Of a stretch of 64,000 bases of DNA, positions 9,469-18,904 are shown piece by piece; the stretch's first letter is position 1; each line of letters starts with the position of its first letter. A program made the translations under genes and the position numbers. Source of the stretch: an uncultured Chloroflexia bacterium (GTDB taxonomy: Bacteria; Chloroflexota; Limnocylindria; Limnocylindrales; CSP1-4); contig CAVZLU010000008.1 of the NCBI GenBank assembly GCA_963776355.1, forward strand, positions 1,218,679 through 1,282,678, in the 5' to 3' direction. The notes below the pieces were generated by a model. That model had not been told where the DNA came from and did not search any database. It saw nothing but the letters and a program-made list of their open reading frames with translations.

Positions 9469-10572
9469 TCAGCTGGGCCGGGTGTAGAACGGCAGCGGCA
9501 CGACCTCGGCGGCCGCCCGCGACTCGCGGATCTGCACGTCGAGCATCGTACCGGGTGCGGAATCGCCCGGTGCGACGTAGGCCATCGCGATCGGGTCGCC
9601 GAGCGTCGGCGACATCGTTCCCGAGGTGACCGCGCCGCTGCGGCGGTCCCCGGACCAGACCGGGTGGCCGTGACGGGCGATGCCCCGCCCGCGGACGACG
9701 AGGCCCACGAGGCGCTTCGTGGGTCCCGCCTCGGCCGCCCGGACGAGGGCGTCGTGGCCGACGAACCCACCCTCCTTGGCCAGCTTCACGACCCGGCCGA
9801 GGCCAGCCTCGAACGGCGTCGTCCGGCGATCGAGCTCGTTCCCGTAGAGCGGCATGCCGGCCTCGAGCCGGAGCGTGTCCCGGGCCCCGAGACCGACCGG
9901 CTGCAGCCCGGCGGCCTGTCCGGCGGTGGCGAGGGCGTCCCAGATCCTGACGGCGGCGGCGGCATCGACGAACACCTCGAAGCCGTCCTCGCCCGTGTAG
10001 CCCGTGCGGGCCACGAGCGCCGGCACGCCCGCCACCACGCCTTCCGCGATCCCGTAGTAATGGATCCCGGCGAGGTCGAGCGCGGCCACCGAGCCCAGGA
10101 TCCCTCGCGCCGCCGGACCCTGGATGGCGACGAGCGCCGTCGCGAGGGAGCGATCGTCGAGGATCGCCCGGTGGGCGGCGGAGCGCTCGACCAGGGCGTC
10201 CGAGACGACCGCGGCGTTCGAGGCGTTGGCGACCACGAGGAAGCGGTCCGCGGCCAGCCGGTAGACGATGAGATCGTCCAGGATGCCCCCGTCCTCGGCG
10301 CAGATCATCGAGTAGTGGGCGCGCCCGACCGCGAGCGTGCGGGGATCGGTGGTGATCGCCCCCGCCAGCGCGTCGCCGGCGTCGGGGCCCTCGAGGAAGA
10401 GCTCGCCCATGTGGCAGAGGTCGAACAGGCCCGCGCGCTGCCGAACCGCCCGGTGCTCCTCGATGATGCCGGCGTACTGGATCGGCATCTGCCAGCCGGC
10501 GAAGTCGACCATCCTCGCCCCGAGCGCCTCGTGGCGCTCGAGGAGGGGCGTGGTCCGCGGTCCGTCCGTCAT
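9469..10572 (-). CDS. gcvT: Aminomethyltransferase (glycine cleavage T protein)
   Basis: 367 aa, MTDGPRTTPLLERHEALGARMVDFAGWQMPIQYAGIIEEHRAVRQRAGLFD. A GGGAGG RBS precedes the ATG. Confidence 0.9.
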   Translation of the reverse strand: MTDGPRTTPLLERHEALGARMVDFAGWQMPIQYAGIIEEHRAVRQRAGLFDLCHMGELFLEGPDAGDALAGAITTDPRTLAVGRAHYSMICAEDGGILDDLIVYRLAADRFLVVANASNAAVVSDALVERSAAHRAILDDRSLATALVAIQGPAARGILGSVAALDLAGIHYYGIAEGVVAGVPALVARTGYTGEDGFEVFVDAAAAVRIWDALATAGQAAGLQPVGLGARDTLRLEAGMPLYGNELDRRTTPFEAGLGRVVKLAKEGGFVGHDALVRAAEAGPTKRLVGLVVRGRGIARHGHPVWSGDRRSGAVTSGTMSPTLGDPIAMAYVAPGDSAPGTMLDVQIRESRAAAEVVPLPFYTRPS

Positions 10573-10597
10573 CGACGAGCCTCCCTGCTTGCGCGAG

Positions 10598-11044
10598 TCA
10601 ATCCGCGCCCGTCTCCGCCGCGATGGCCGCGCGCTGCACGAGCGCTCGCTCCGTCTCGAACGTGAGAAGCGCCGCCGCGTCGACCAGGGGGACCCAGCGG
10701 ACCTCGTCGAACTCGTGATCGTGCTGCTCGAGGTCGCCGCCGATTGATTCCATCAGCCAGTAGTGAACTGTCTTGTGGATGCGCACCGAGCCCTGGACGA
10801 ACGTGTATGCGATCGAGTCGAGGGGCGCCAGCAGGCGAACCTGCAGCCCGGTCTCCTCGGCGACCTCCCGCAGCGCGGTCTCCTCGAGCGTCTCGTTCGG
10901 GTTCGGAGTGCCCTTGGGGAGCGTCCAGGTCACCCCGTCGCGCTGGCGCCGTCGTCGGCCAACGACCAGGTGCGGTACCCGGTCGATCGACCGGATGACG
11001 ATCCCGCCGGCGGATGTGGCGGTGGAGTGCTTCAGCCGCGCCAC
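10598..11044 (-). CDS. NUDIX hydrolase
   Basis: The C-terminal 148 aa of a long ORF carry a Nudix box (GGIVIRS...REVAEETGL...). The putative GTG start is at 11044, with the start position uncertain. The stop lies 25 nt before the gcvT start. Confidence 0.65.
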   Translation of the reverse strand: MARLKHSTATSAGGIVIRSIDRVPHLVVGRRRRQRDGVTWTLPKGTPNPNETLEETALREVAEETGLQVRLLAPLDSIAYTFVQGSVRIHKTVHYWLMESIGGDLEQHDHEFDEVRWVPLVDAAALLTFETERALVQRAAIAAETGAD

Positions 11045-12363
11045 GGCGCCGTGGCGGCGCGCGACCGGCGCTCGCCGGCACGGACGCCGAGCTTCGCCCA
11101 GCGCACCGGCGCATGCGGACCGCCAAGCCCGAGCCCCGAGCCGTGGGCCCGGGCCGGGGTGACGGCTCGCCACTCGGCACGCAGCAGCGCAACGGGACCG
11201 TGTTCCGGCCGTCGCAGGAGGGTGGGTCGGTCGGCGCCGGTCCGGAACCGGACGTGCCGTTCGAGACCGAGGCGCGGCTCGCGGGCCCGCGGCACGGCGG
11301 TCGCGAAGCGGGCGGTCGGGCGGGCCGCGTACCGCGCGGCGATGCTTCGCTGCATGTGCAGATCGTACCGCGTCAGGCCAACCTTGTGAACGCGGCGCGC
11401 GAGCCGGGCCGCTTCTCCCGGTGCGAGACCGCGCCGGGCCTCGGCGATGGCCACCTGGCGCAGGCCGAGGGCCCGATAGACCGCGAGCGGATCCTCCCCC
11501 GCCGCGGCCACGGCGGCCACGTGGGCGGCGATCGTGCCGGCGTCGCCGCGGACCGCCGGACCGGTCAACGCCGCCGCGGTCCCCAGGGCCCGGGCGTTGG
11601 CGAGCGCCTGCGCTGCCAGCGGGCCGTAGACGGCGAGCGCTCCCGCCTCGTCGAGTCCCGTCGGTGCCGACACCGCGACGATGACGTCCAGGAGCGCCGT
11701 CAGGCCGCCCGCGGCCAGCACCGCGGCGGCGTGGTAGGCAACCTTCGACCCGGGGGCGAGGCGCACGGGGACGGTGCCGAGGGAGACGGCCATCTCGTCG
11801 AGCAGGTCCAGGAGCGCATCGTCCCCCTCGATCGCGACGGTCGCGCCGGGCAGCGCGGCCAGGGCACGCTCGAGGTCGGCGAACGCGACCAGGGGGTGGA
11901 ACGAGCCGGCGCTCGTCCCGGCCGCCAGCGCCGGCGCCAGGACGCCGGCGTCGTGGAGGCCGCTCGTGTGGACGATCGCCTGGCCCGAGTACAGGTGGAG
12001 CGAACGGGCGAGCGCCGCGACGGCGTCGTCGGGCACGGCGAGAATCGCGAGGTGGCATTCGTCGAGGATCGCCGCCGCCTCGGGAAAGGCACGGGCGGCC
12101 GGGACGAGCGTCCGAAACCGCTCCCGCCGGCCGGCGTCGCGGCTGGCCACGGCCCCGACCTGCCAGCCCGCCCGGCTCAGGGCCACCCCGAGGGCGGTCC
12201 CGACGGCCCCGGCGCCGATGATCCCGATCACCGGCCGGCCGTCGTCGCCCGCGGCGACGTGGGGATGAGCATGGTCTTCGAGGTGGACCTCGCCGCCATG
12301 ACGGTGGGCTCCCGGCGGCAGCCCCCCTTCGCCCGCACGGGCCGCCTGGCGCACCTCCTCCAT
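11032..12363 (-). CDS. Rossmann-fold NAD(P)-binding oxidoreductase-like protein (ProC/F420-oxidoreductase-like N-domain, DUF2520-type)
   Basis: The ATG at 12363 (MEEVRQ...) is followed by VIGIIGAGAVGTALGVALSRAGWQV. The C-terminal ~100 aa are low complexity, so the true stop or frame is uncertain in this error-prone, high-GC region. Confidence 0.45.
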   Translation of the reverse strand: MEEVRQAARAGEGGLPPGAHRHGGEVHLEDHAHPHVAAGDDGRPVIGIIGAGAVGTALGVALSRAGWQVGAVASRDAGRRERFRTLVPAARAFPEAAAILDECHLAILAVPDDAVAALARSLHLYSGQAIVHTSGLHDAGVLAPALAAGTSAGSFHPLVAFADLERALAALPGATVAIEGDDALLDLLDEMAVSLGTVPVRLAPGSKVAYHAAAVLAAGGLTALLDVIVAVSAPTGLDEAGALAVYGPLAAQALANARALGTAAALTGPAVRGDAGTIAAHVAAVAAAGEDPLAVYRALGLRQVAIAEARRGLAPGEAARLARRVHKVGLTRYDLHMQRSIAARYAARPTARFATAVPRAREPRLGLERHVRFRTGADRPTLLRRPEHGPVALLRAEWRAVTPARAHGSGLGLGGPHAPVRWAKLGVRAGERRSRAATAPWRG

Positions 12364-12497
12364 CGTCGCCGGATCACCCGGGGGCGGGGCGGCCGGCTCC
12401 CGGCGCCAGGATCGCATCGTCGCTCTCCACGCTACTCTTGCGGCCACAGCGTAGCGCCATCGGGGGCCTGCCCGCCCCCGAGCCAGCGAGGAGCACC

Positions 12498-15164
12498 GTG
12501 TCGACCCACGATCCGTTCGGCGCCCGGGCCAGCCTCGGACCCGGCCTGCCCGACCTCTATCGACTGGCGGCCCTCGAAGGCGCACCGGATCTCGGGCGGA
12601 CCCCGGTCACGGTCAAGATCCTCCTCGAGAACGTCCTCCGCCACGCGGGCCGCGGCGTCGTGGCCGAGGCGGACGTGCGGGCGCTGGCAGGGTGGCGGCC
12701 GTCGTCGGGCGCGGACGCGGAGATCCCGTTCATGCCCGCGCGGGTCATCCTCCAGGACTTCACCGGGGTTCCGGCGGTCGTCGACCTGGCGGCGATGCGC
12801 GACGCGATGGCGGCGCTCGGCGGGGATCCGTCCCGGGTGAACCCGCTGGTGCCCGCGGACCTGGTCATCGACCACTCGGTCCAGGTCGACCGCTTCGGCA
12901 CGGCGGATGCCTTCGCCTTCAACGTGGCCCGCGAGTACGAGCGGAACGGCGAGCGCTACCAGCTCCTGCGCTGGGCCCAGCGGGCATTCCGCGGACTCCG
13001 CGTCGTCCCACCCGGGACCGGCATCGTCCACCAGGTGAACCTCGAGTACCTGGCCACGGTCGTCGCGACCGCGGAGCTCGACGGAAGCGCGGTCGCCTTC
13101 CCCGACACGCTCGTCGGCACGGATTCCCACACCACCATGGTCAACGCCCTCGGCGTCCTCGGCTACGGGGTCGGCGGGATCGAGGCCGAGGCGGTGCTTC
13201 TCGGTCAGCCGCTCTACCAGCCCCTGCCGCGCGTCGTCGGCGTCCTCCTCGACGGCGAGCTGCCGCGCGGGGCCACCGCCACGGACCTCGTCCTCGTCGT
13301 GACGGAACGACTGCGGGCGCTCGGCGTGGTCGGGTCGTTCGTCGAGTTTGCCGGCGACGGCCTGGCCGGGCTCACCCTCGCCGACCGGGCGACGATCAGC
13401 AACATGAGCCCCGAGTTCGGGGCGACCGCCACCCTCTTCCCGATCGACGACGAGACGCTGGCCTACCTGCGCCTGACGGGGCGGGCCCCGGCGCTCGTCG
13501 ACCTCGTCGAGCGCTACGCCCGGGAGCAGGGCCTCTGGCGCGAGCCGGGGCCCGGACCAGACTTCGACGCCGTCGTGGACCTCGACCTCGGCTCCGTTGA
13601 ACCAAGCCTCGCCGGACCCCGACGCCCCCAGGACCGGGTGCCGTTGCCGGCGACCCGGTCGAGCTTCGAGGCCGCCTACCCGGGGATCCTCCCCGGGCCG
13701 GCGGCTGCCGCCGACGGCGCCGTCCGCAACGGGTCCGTGGTGATCGCGGCCATCACCTCGTGCACCAACACCTCGAATCCGACGGTCATGGTCGGGGCCG
13801 GGCTCATGGCCCGGAAGGCCGTGGAGCGCGGGCTCCGCGTGCCTCCCACCGTCAAGACCTCGCTCGCCCCGGGGTCGAGGGCGGTCACGGCATACCTGGA
13901 GCGGGCGGGCCTGACCGATCCCCTGGCCACGCTGGGCTTCAGCCTGGCCGGCTATGGATGCACCACCTGCATCGGTAACTCGGGCCCCCTCGACGAGGCG
14001 GTGGCCCACCAGATCGAGGATGCGGGCCTGGTGGCGGTGGCCGTCCTCTCCGGCAATCGCAACTTCGAGGGTCGCATCCACCCGCTGGCCCGGGCGAGCT
14101 ACCTTGCCTCGCCGCCGCTGGTCGTGGCCTTCGCCCTGGCCGGGCGCATCGACGTCGACCTCTCGCGCGAGCCCCTGGGCATCGACGATCACGGCTCCCC
14201 GGTCTTCCTCGCCGACATCTGGCCGAGCGCCGACGAGATCCGGGCCTCGATTGCCGGGGCGATCGACGGCGAGCTGTTCCAAACGACCTACGCCTCGGTC
14301 TTCGAGGGCGATGAGCGCTGGCGCGCCCTGCCGGTCCCGGAGGGCGACCGCTACGCCTGGGACCCGGGGTCAACCTACGTCGCGAGCCCGCCGTTCTTCG
14401 CCGGCACGGGCCTCGTCCCGGCCGCCGTGACGGACATCGAGGGCGCGCGCGTCCTGGCCTGGCTTGGCGATTCGGTGACCACGGACCACATCTCGCCAGC
14501 CGGATCGATCCCCGCCTGGTCGCCGGCCGGCCAGTGGCTCCAGGCGCGCGGCGTTGCGCCGCTCGACTTCAACTCGTACGGCGCCCGGCGGGGCCACCAC
14601 GAGGTCATGATGCGGGGCACCTTCGGCAACATCCGCCTCCACAACCGCCTGGTGGAGGGCAAGGAGGGACCGTTCACGCGGGCACTGCCGTCCGGCGAGG
14701 AGGCCTTCCTGTACGACGCGGCCATGGCGTACCTGGCGGCCGGCATCCCCACCGTCGTGCTGGCCGGACGCGAGTACGGCTCCGGCTCCTCCCGCGACTG
14801 GGCGGCCAAGGGAACGCGGCTCCTCGGGATCCGGGCCGTGATCGCCGAGAGCTTCGAGCGGATCCATCGCTCGAACCTCGTGGGCATGGGCGTCCTGCCG
14901 CTCCAGTTCCTGCCCGGTGAGAGCGCGGCCGGGCTCGGCCTGACCGGTCGCGAGCGCTACTCGGTCGCCGGCCTCGGCGACGATCTCACGCCGCGGGCCC
15001 GGCTGACCGTGGTTGCCGCGGCCGACGCGGCCGACGGCGGGGGCGAACGGACCTTCGCGGTCGACTGCCGGCTCGACGGCCCGATCGAGGTCGACTACTA
15101 CCGCCAGGGCGGCATCCTGCCGGCCGTGCTCCGGCGGATCGCCCGCGAGAGCGGCGCAACCTGA
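12498..15164 (+). CDS. acn: Aconitate hydratase
   Basis: A ~890 aa aconitase (IFMPARVILQDFTGVPAVVDLAAMRD..., with the Fe-S ligand motif CTTCIGNSGPL). A GTG start at 12498 follows a GAGGAG RBS. Confidence 0.9.
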   Translation: MSTHDPFGARASLGPGLPDLYRLAALEGAPDLGRTPVTVKILLENVLRHAGRGVVAEADVRALAGWRPSSGADAEIPFMPARVILQDFTGVPAVVDLAAMRDAMAALGGDPSRVNPLVPADLVIDHSVQVDRFGTADAFAFNVAREYERNGERYQLLRWAQRAFRGLRVVPPGTGIVHQVNLEYLATVVATAELDGSAVAFPDTLVGTDSHTTMVNALGVLGYGVGGIEAEAVLLGQPLYQPLPRVVGVLLDGELPRGATATDLVLVVTERLRALGVVGSFVEFAGDGLAGLTLADRATISNMSPEFGATATLFPIDDETLAYLRLTGRAPALVDLVERYAREQGLWREPGPGPDFDAVVDLDLGSVEPSLAGPRRPQDRVPLPATRSSFEAAYPGILPGPAAAADGAVRNGSVVIAAITSCTNTSNPTVMVGAGLMARKAVERGLRVPPTVKTSLAPGSRAVTAYLERAGLTDPLATLGFSLAGYGCTTCIGNSGPLDEAVAHQIEDAGLVAVAVLSGNRNFEGRIHPLARASYLASPPLVVAFALAGRIDVDLSREPLGIDDHGSPVFLADIWPSADEIRASIAGAIDGELFQTTYASVFEGDERWRALPVPEGDRYAWDPGSTYVASPPFFAGTGLVPAAVTDIEGARVLAWLGDSVTTDHISPAGSIPAWSPAGQWLQARGVAPLDFNSYGARRGHHEVMMRGTFGNIRLHNRLVEGKEGPFTRALPSGEEAFLYDAAMAYLAAGIPTVVLAGREYGSGSSRDWAAKGTRLLGIRAVIAESFERIHRSNLVGMGVLPLQFLPGESAAGLGLTGRERYSVAGLGDDLTPRARLTVVAAADAADGGGERTFAVDCRLDGPIEVDYYRQGGILPAVLRRIARESGAT

Positions 15165-15175
15165 CCGCTGGCGCC

Positions 15176-15961
<786 letters not shown>

Positions 15962-16056
15962 CGCCCGATCGTAGCCGCATCGACGCCGGTCGCCGTCTCG
16001 ACCTCGTCGGCGCCGGGCGCGTCACGACTCGGACGCGCCTCTCGTCATTGCGCAGG

Positions 16057-17043
16057 ATGAGCATGAGGTCGCGCCCAGCCGCCCGACCCCGGCCGCCCCG
16101 TCGCCGGGCGACCGCGGGCGACTCCGTGTTCGCGCTCGGGATGGCGGCACTCACGATCGTAGCGGCCGGCGCGCTCCTCGCGGCGACGGGGGGGACCCCA
16201 CCGCTCGAGCCCTACCTCGCCGGGTTGGGCCTCGCCGCGACATCCGCCCCGGACACGCCGTCAGCGGCGGTCCGGGCCGAGCCGACGCCGATCCCGGTGC
16301 GCGCGACCGCCGCGCCGACCCCGATCGTGCCGACCGCCTCGCCGGCGCCGGTCGCGCCGTCCGCCGCGCCGAGCGCCGTGGCGCCAGCCTCCGAGGAACC
16401 GACCCCGGCGGCCAGCGCCGCGCCGCACGGACCCTATACCGTGAACCTCTACCGGCGGGGGGTCTTCGTCCACCAGGTCAACAAGGAGGCCTGCGTCGCG
16501 GCCGCCGTCCAGAACATGCTCAACGTCATCCGCAGCGTCGAGGAGCGACGCAAGCCCGACGTTTCGGCCAGGACGCAGCGCGCGCTCTACGCCCGGATCG
16601 TGGCCCTCACCTCCCACGCCGACTCGCACAACGGGGGGACGGGTCCCGGCGGCTGGGCCGACCTGCTCACCCAGGAGGGCTATCCGTACGAGCTCCATGT
16701 CTTCGCCACCCGCAATCAGGCGATCGCCGCAGCGGCCATCGCCCTGCGGGAGACGTCGCGCCCCGTCGGCATCCTCGCCTGGCAGGGCGTCCACTCCTGG
16801 GTGATGACCGGCTTCACCTCCACCGCCGACCCGTTGTCCGGGCAGCCGTTCGCCGTCACCACCGCGTACGTGCTGGATCCGTGGTACCCGTGGGTCTCGA
16901 CCCGCTGGCCCCGCTCCGAGGCACCCAACGCGCCGCGCGACGCGAAGGATCTCGCCGCCAACATTCTTCCCTGGAAGCTCGGCTCCGGGCCCTACCGCGG
17001 GCGTGACGGCAAGTTCCTGGTGGTGATGCCGCTCACGCACTGA
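16057..17043 (+). CDS. Hypothetical membrane-anchored or secreted protein: N-terminal TM, Pro/Ala-rich linker, C-terminal ~200 aa domain with Cys/His residues (possible papain-like or C39-like peptidase fold)
   Basis: The first in-frame ATG is at 16057. There is a TM segment (VFALGMAALTIVAAGALLAA), a PA-rich spacer, and a conserved-looking C-domain (...KEACVAAAVQNMLNV...GVHSWVMTGF...). The last 13 codons and the 3' flank are duplicated at 18744-18839. Confidence 0.55.
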   Translation: MSMRSRPAARPRPPRRRATAGDSVFALGMAALTIVAAGALLAATGGTPPLEPYLAGLGLAATSAPDTPSAAVRAEPTPIPVRATAAPTPIVPTASPAPVAPSAAPSAVAPASEEPTPAASAAPHGPYTVNLYRRGVFVHQVNKEACVAAAVQNMLNVIRSVEERRKPDVSARTQRALYARIVALTSHADSHNGGTGPGGWADLLTQEGYPYELHVFATRNQAIAAAAIALRETSRPVGILAWQGVHSWVMTGFTSTADPLSGQPFAVTTAYVLDPWYPWVSTRWPRSEAPNAPRDAKDLAANILPWKLGSGPYRGRDGKFLVVMPLTH

Positions 17044-17099
17044 GGGCCGCGATCGGGCGGTGCGCCGCGCACCGCGCCGGGTCTTCCGGGCGGCCTTCC
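17003..17099. repeat. Direct repeat copy A (~97 bp) covering the last 13 codons, the stop and ~56 nt of 3' flank of gene 16057..17043
   Basis: ~90% identical to 18744..18839 (gtgacggcaagttcctggtggtgatgccgctcac...gggccgcgatcgggcg...ccgggtcttccgggcggccttcc). It contains a small hairpin, GGTGCGCCGCGCACC. Confidence 0.8.
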
Positions 17100-17206
17100 A
17101 CGCAGGCGGAGCGCCTGCCTCCGGCCCCGATCGGAGATCCTCGCCGTCGTCGAGGCACGGTTCTCGGCCAGCGAGACGCCGCCCGGCGAGACGATCTCCT
17201 CGCGCT

Positions 17207-18607
17207 TCAGGTGGACAACACGGGACCTCGGCGCGTGCTCACGGCGCCGTGCCAGGAACGCAGCGACCAACGCCTACGGGCGGAGGACGATCGATTCGAG
17301 CAGGTTGCGGGCTGGCCACGTTCGAATGTGGATAGCGCCTCCGCGTTCGGGGCCGCGAAGACGATCGTGAGGGTCCGCGGGCCATCGTCCAGCGCCTCGA
17401 ACAAGATGCGCGTTCCTATGTTCGGACTCCAGGACCCCCCGCTGACGCCCCAGAGGTAGGCGTTCGGTGGATTCTCGCCCCCACACGCGCCAGCCGGATT
17501 GGGCCGCACCGTGGCCTCGATCGCGATGCCGGATCGGCCCAGGTCGGTGACGGATCGCGGTTGGGACGCGTCGAGTTGAGGCGTTGACTGCACCCATTCG
17601 ATGAGATCCCCCGGGCGGTCGCCGATGAGGCGCGTTGGGTCATCGCTGCACGGGCCCGAATACCCCACGCTGATCCGCGCAGGCCCGACCCCGGATACGC
17701 CGGCCGGCTTCTCGAAGAACAGCAAGTCCTCCGCGTCGGCCGCCAGGGTCCAGCCCGCCGCCGGGACCGTGACCGAGGCCACGTCCCGATTGCGGTTCGG
17801 TGCGAACGATCCTGGGTGAACCACCTGGCCGACGAGCGGCAGCCGTTCGAGCAGGTCCGACGGCGATGGGGCGAGTTGACGTGCGGATGGTCCCGACGAC
17901 GCCGCTGAACCTCCCGGGCCGCTCTCAGGCGGCGGCCCGGAAAGCGGATGCCAAAGCACTGCGGTCACGAACCCCGTCGCGATGACCGCGATCACGACCG
18001 CGGCAACAGCGAGCCAACGGACCGGGCGTGCCGCGGAGGCTCCGCGCCCCGGCCGGCGCCGGACGAACGTCGGGGCGCCATCGGGCACGACCCTGAAGAG
18101 GTCGACCGGCTCGGCCAGGCCCTTGAGCTGGCGCCGACCAACAAACACGAATTGTGCCGCCACGATCGAGCGGGTGAGCTCGCGGATGGTGCCCGACGCC
18201 AGGAGCTCTCCGGCGGCAGCGACGGCGCAGATCCGGGCAGCGATGTTGACCGCTGAGCCCACGAAGCCGCCTTCGTGGGCGACCGACTCCCCGGCGTGGA
18301 TGCCGACACCGACCTCGATGGCTTCGCCGCCGTCCGTCGGCTCCCGGCAGGCAGTGAGGATGTCGAAACCGCAGCGAAGGGCGCCACTTGCCGATGGGAG
18401 GACGACGTAGAAGCTGTCCCCTTCAGTCTTGATCTCGGCGCCGCCATGGTGGGCCACGACCTCCCGGACGATCGTCCGGTACCGCCCCAGCAGGTGGCTC
18501 GCCTCGACTGCGCCGCGCGTATCTACAAGCCGGGCATATCCCCGCAGATCAGCGAAGAGGAAGCCGTGCGTGCCGCCGTCGCCCGGCGAACCGACCACGT
18601 CGTTCAT
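17207..18607 (-). CDS. Class III adenylate/guanylate cyclase with N-terminal catalytic domain, one TM, and a C-terminal extracytoplasmic domain
   Basis: The ATG at 18607 opens MNDVVGSPGDGGTHGFLFADLRGYARLVDTRG...EGDSFYVVL...GIHAGESV...FVGSAVNIAARI, a cyclase homology domain. A TM segment (WLAVAAVVIAVIATGFVTAVLW) follows, then a ~250 aa Ser/Pro/Gly-rich domain. The ORF-track start at 18781 (MGERHHHQELAVT) falls inside repeat copy B and is judged not real. Confidence 0.75.
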   Translation of the reverse strand: MNDVVGSPGDGGTHGFLFADLRGYARLVDTRGAVEASHLLGRYRTIVREVVAHHGGAEIKTEGDSFYVVLPSASGALRCGFDILTACREPTDGGEAIEVGVGIHAGESVAHEGGFVGSAVNIAARICAVAAAGELLASGTIRELTRSIVAAQFVFVGRRQLKGLAEPVDLFRVVPDGAPTFVRRRPGRGASAARPVRWLAVAAVVIAVIATGFVTAVLWHPLSGPPPESGPGGSAASSGPSARQLAPSPSDLLERLPLVGQVVHPGSFAPNRNRDVASVTVPAAGWTLAADAEDLLFFEKPAGVSGVGPARISVGYSGPCSDDPTRLIGDRPGDLIEWVQSTPQLDASQPRSVTDLGRSGIAIEATVRPNPAGACGGENPPNAYLWGVSGGSWSPNIGTRILFEALDDGPRTLTIVFAAPNAEALSTFERGQPATCSNRSSSARRRWSLRSWHGAVSTRRGPVLST

Positions 18608-18743
18608 AGAAGCGCATTGTGGCAGCAGGCTGAACCAGGCCAGCCAGCGCTCGCGCGTCCGGCGGAACGGGGCGGAGTTGGAGCCGTCGAGGCGACCTTG
18701 ACTGTTGCGGAGCCGATGAATCCGTCGGATCCGGCGAGAGGCG

Positions 18744-18839
18744 GTGACGGCAAGTTCCTGGTGGTGATGCCGCTCACCCACGGAGGGCCGCGATCGGGCG
18801 AGCGCCGCACACCGCGTCCGGTCTTCCGGGCGGCCTTCC
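18744..18839. repeat. Direct repeat copy B (~96 bp), a partial duplicate of the 3' end and flank of gene 16057..17043
   Basis: See copy A. In this copy the former stop codon is mutated (cac tga becomes cac gga). It lies ~140 nt upstream of the cyclase start. Confidence 0.8.
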
Positions 18840-18904
18840 GCCCACCGTCCTTCTCCGGGGGGAGCGCTGCGCCCCGCGCCGGGACGGCCGGGGAAGCGTG
18901 CCCG

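Noticed and set aside
10572-10598. Glycine riboswitch upstream of gcvT
   Set aside because: Only 25 nt separate gcvT from the upstream NUDIX gene and no GGAGAG/ACCGAAGG-type aptamer motifs are visible.
11045-12058. N-terminal ~340 aa of ORF 10598..12058(-) and of 5402..6493(-) (Ser/Arg/Pro-rich extensions)
   Set aside because: Only the C-terminal domains (NUDIX, sigma-70) are protein-like. The extensions overlap other genes and are low complexity. Starts were therefore moved to internal GTG codons.
12432-14282. 616 aa minus-strand ORF antisense to aconitase; similar long antisense ORFs at 2663..4804(+), 39453..40703(+), 41785..43665(+) and 60532..61677(+)
   Set aside because: Each overlaps a well-supported conserved gene on the other strand. 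They are rich in Arg/Gly/Pro/Asp and carry no domain-like sequence.
18779-18781. Annotated GTG start giving the MGERHHHQELAVT N-terminus of the adenylate cyclase; the same peptide opens ORF 16261..17040(-)
   Set aside because: The peptide is the reverse translation of the 97 bp direct repeat. The cyclase homology domain begins right after the internal ATG at 18607.
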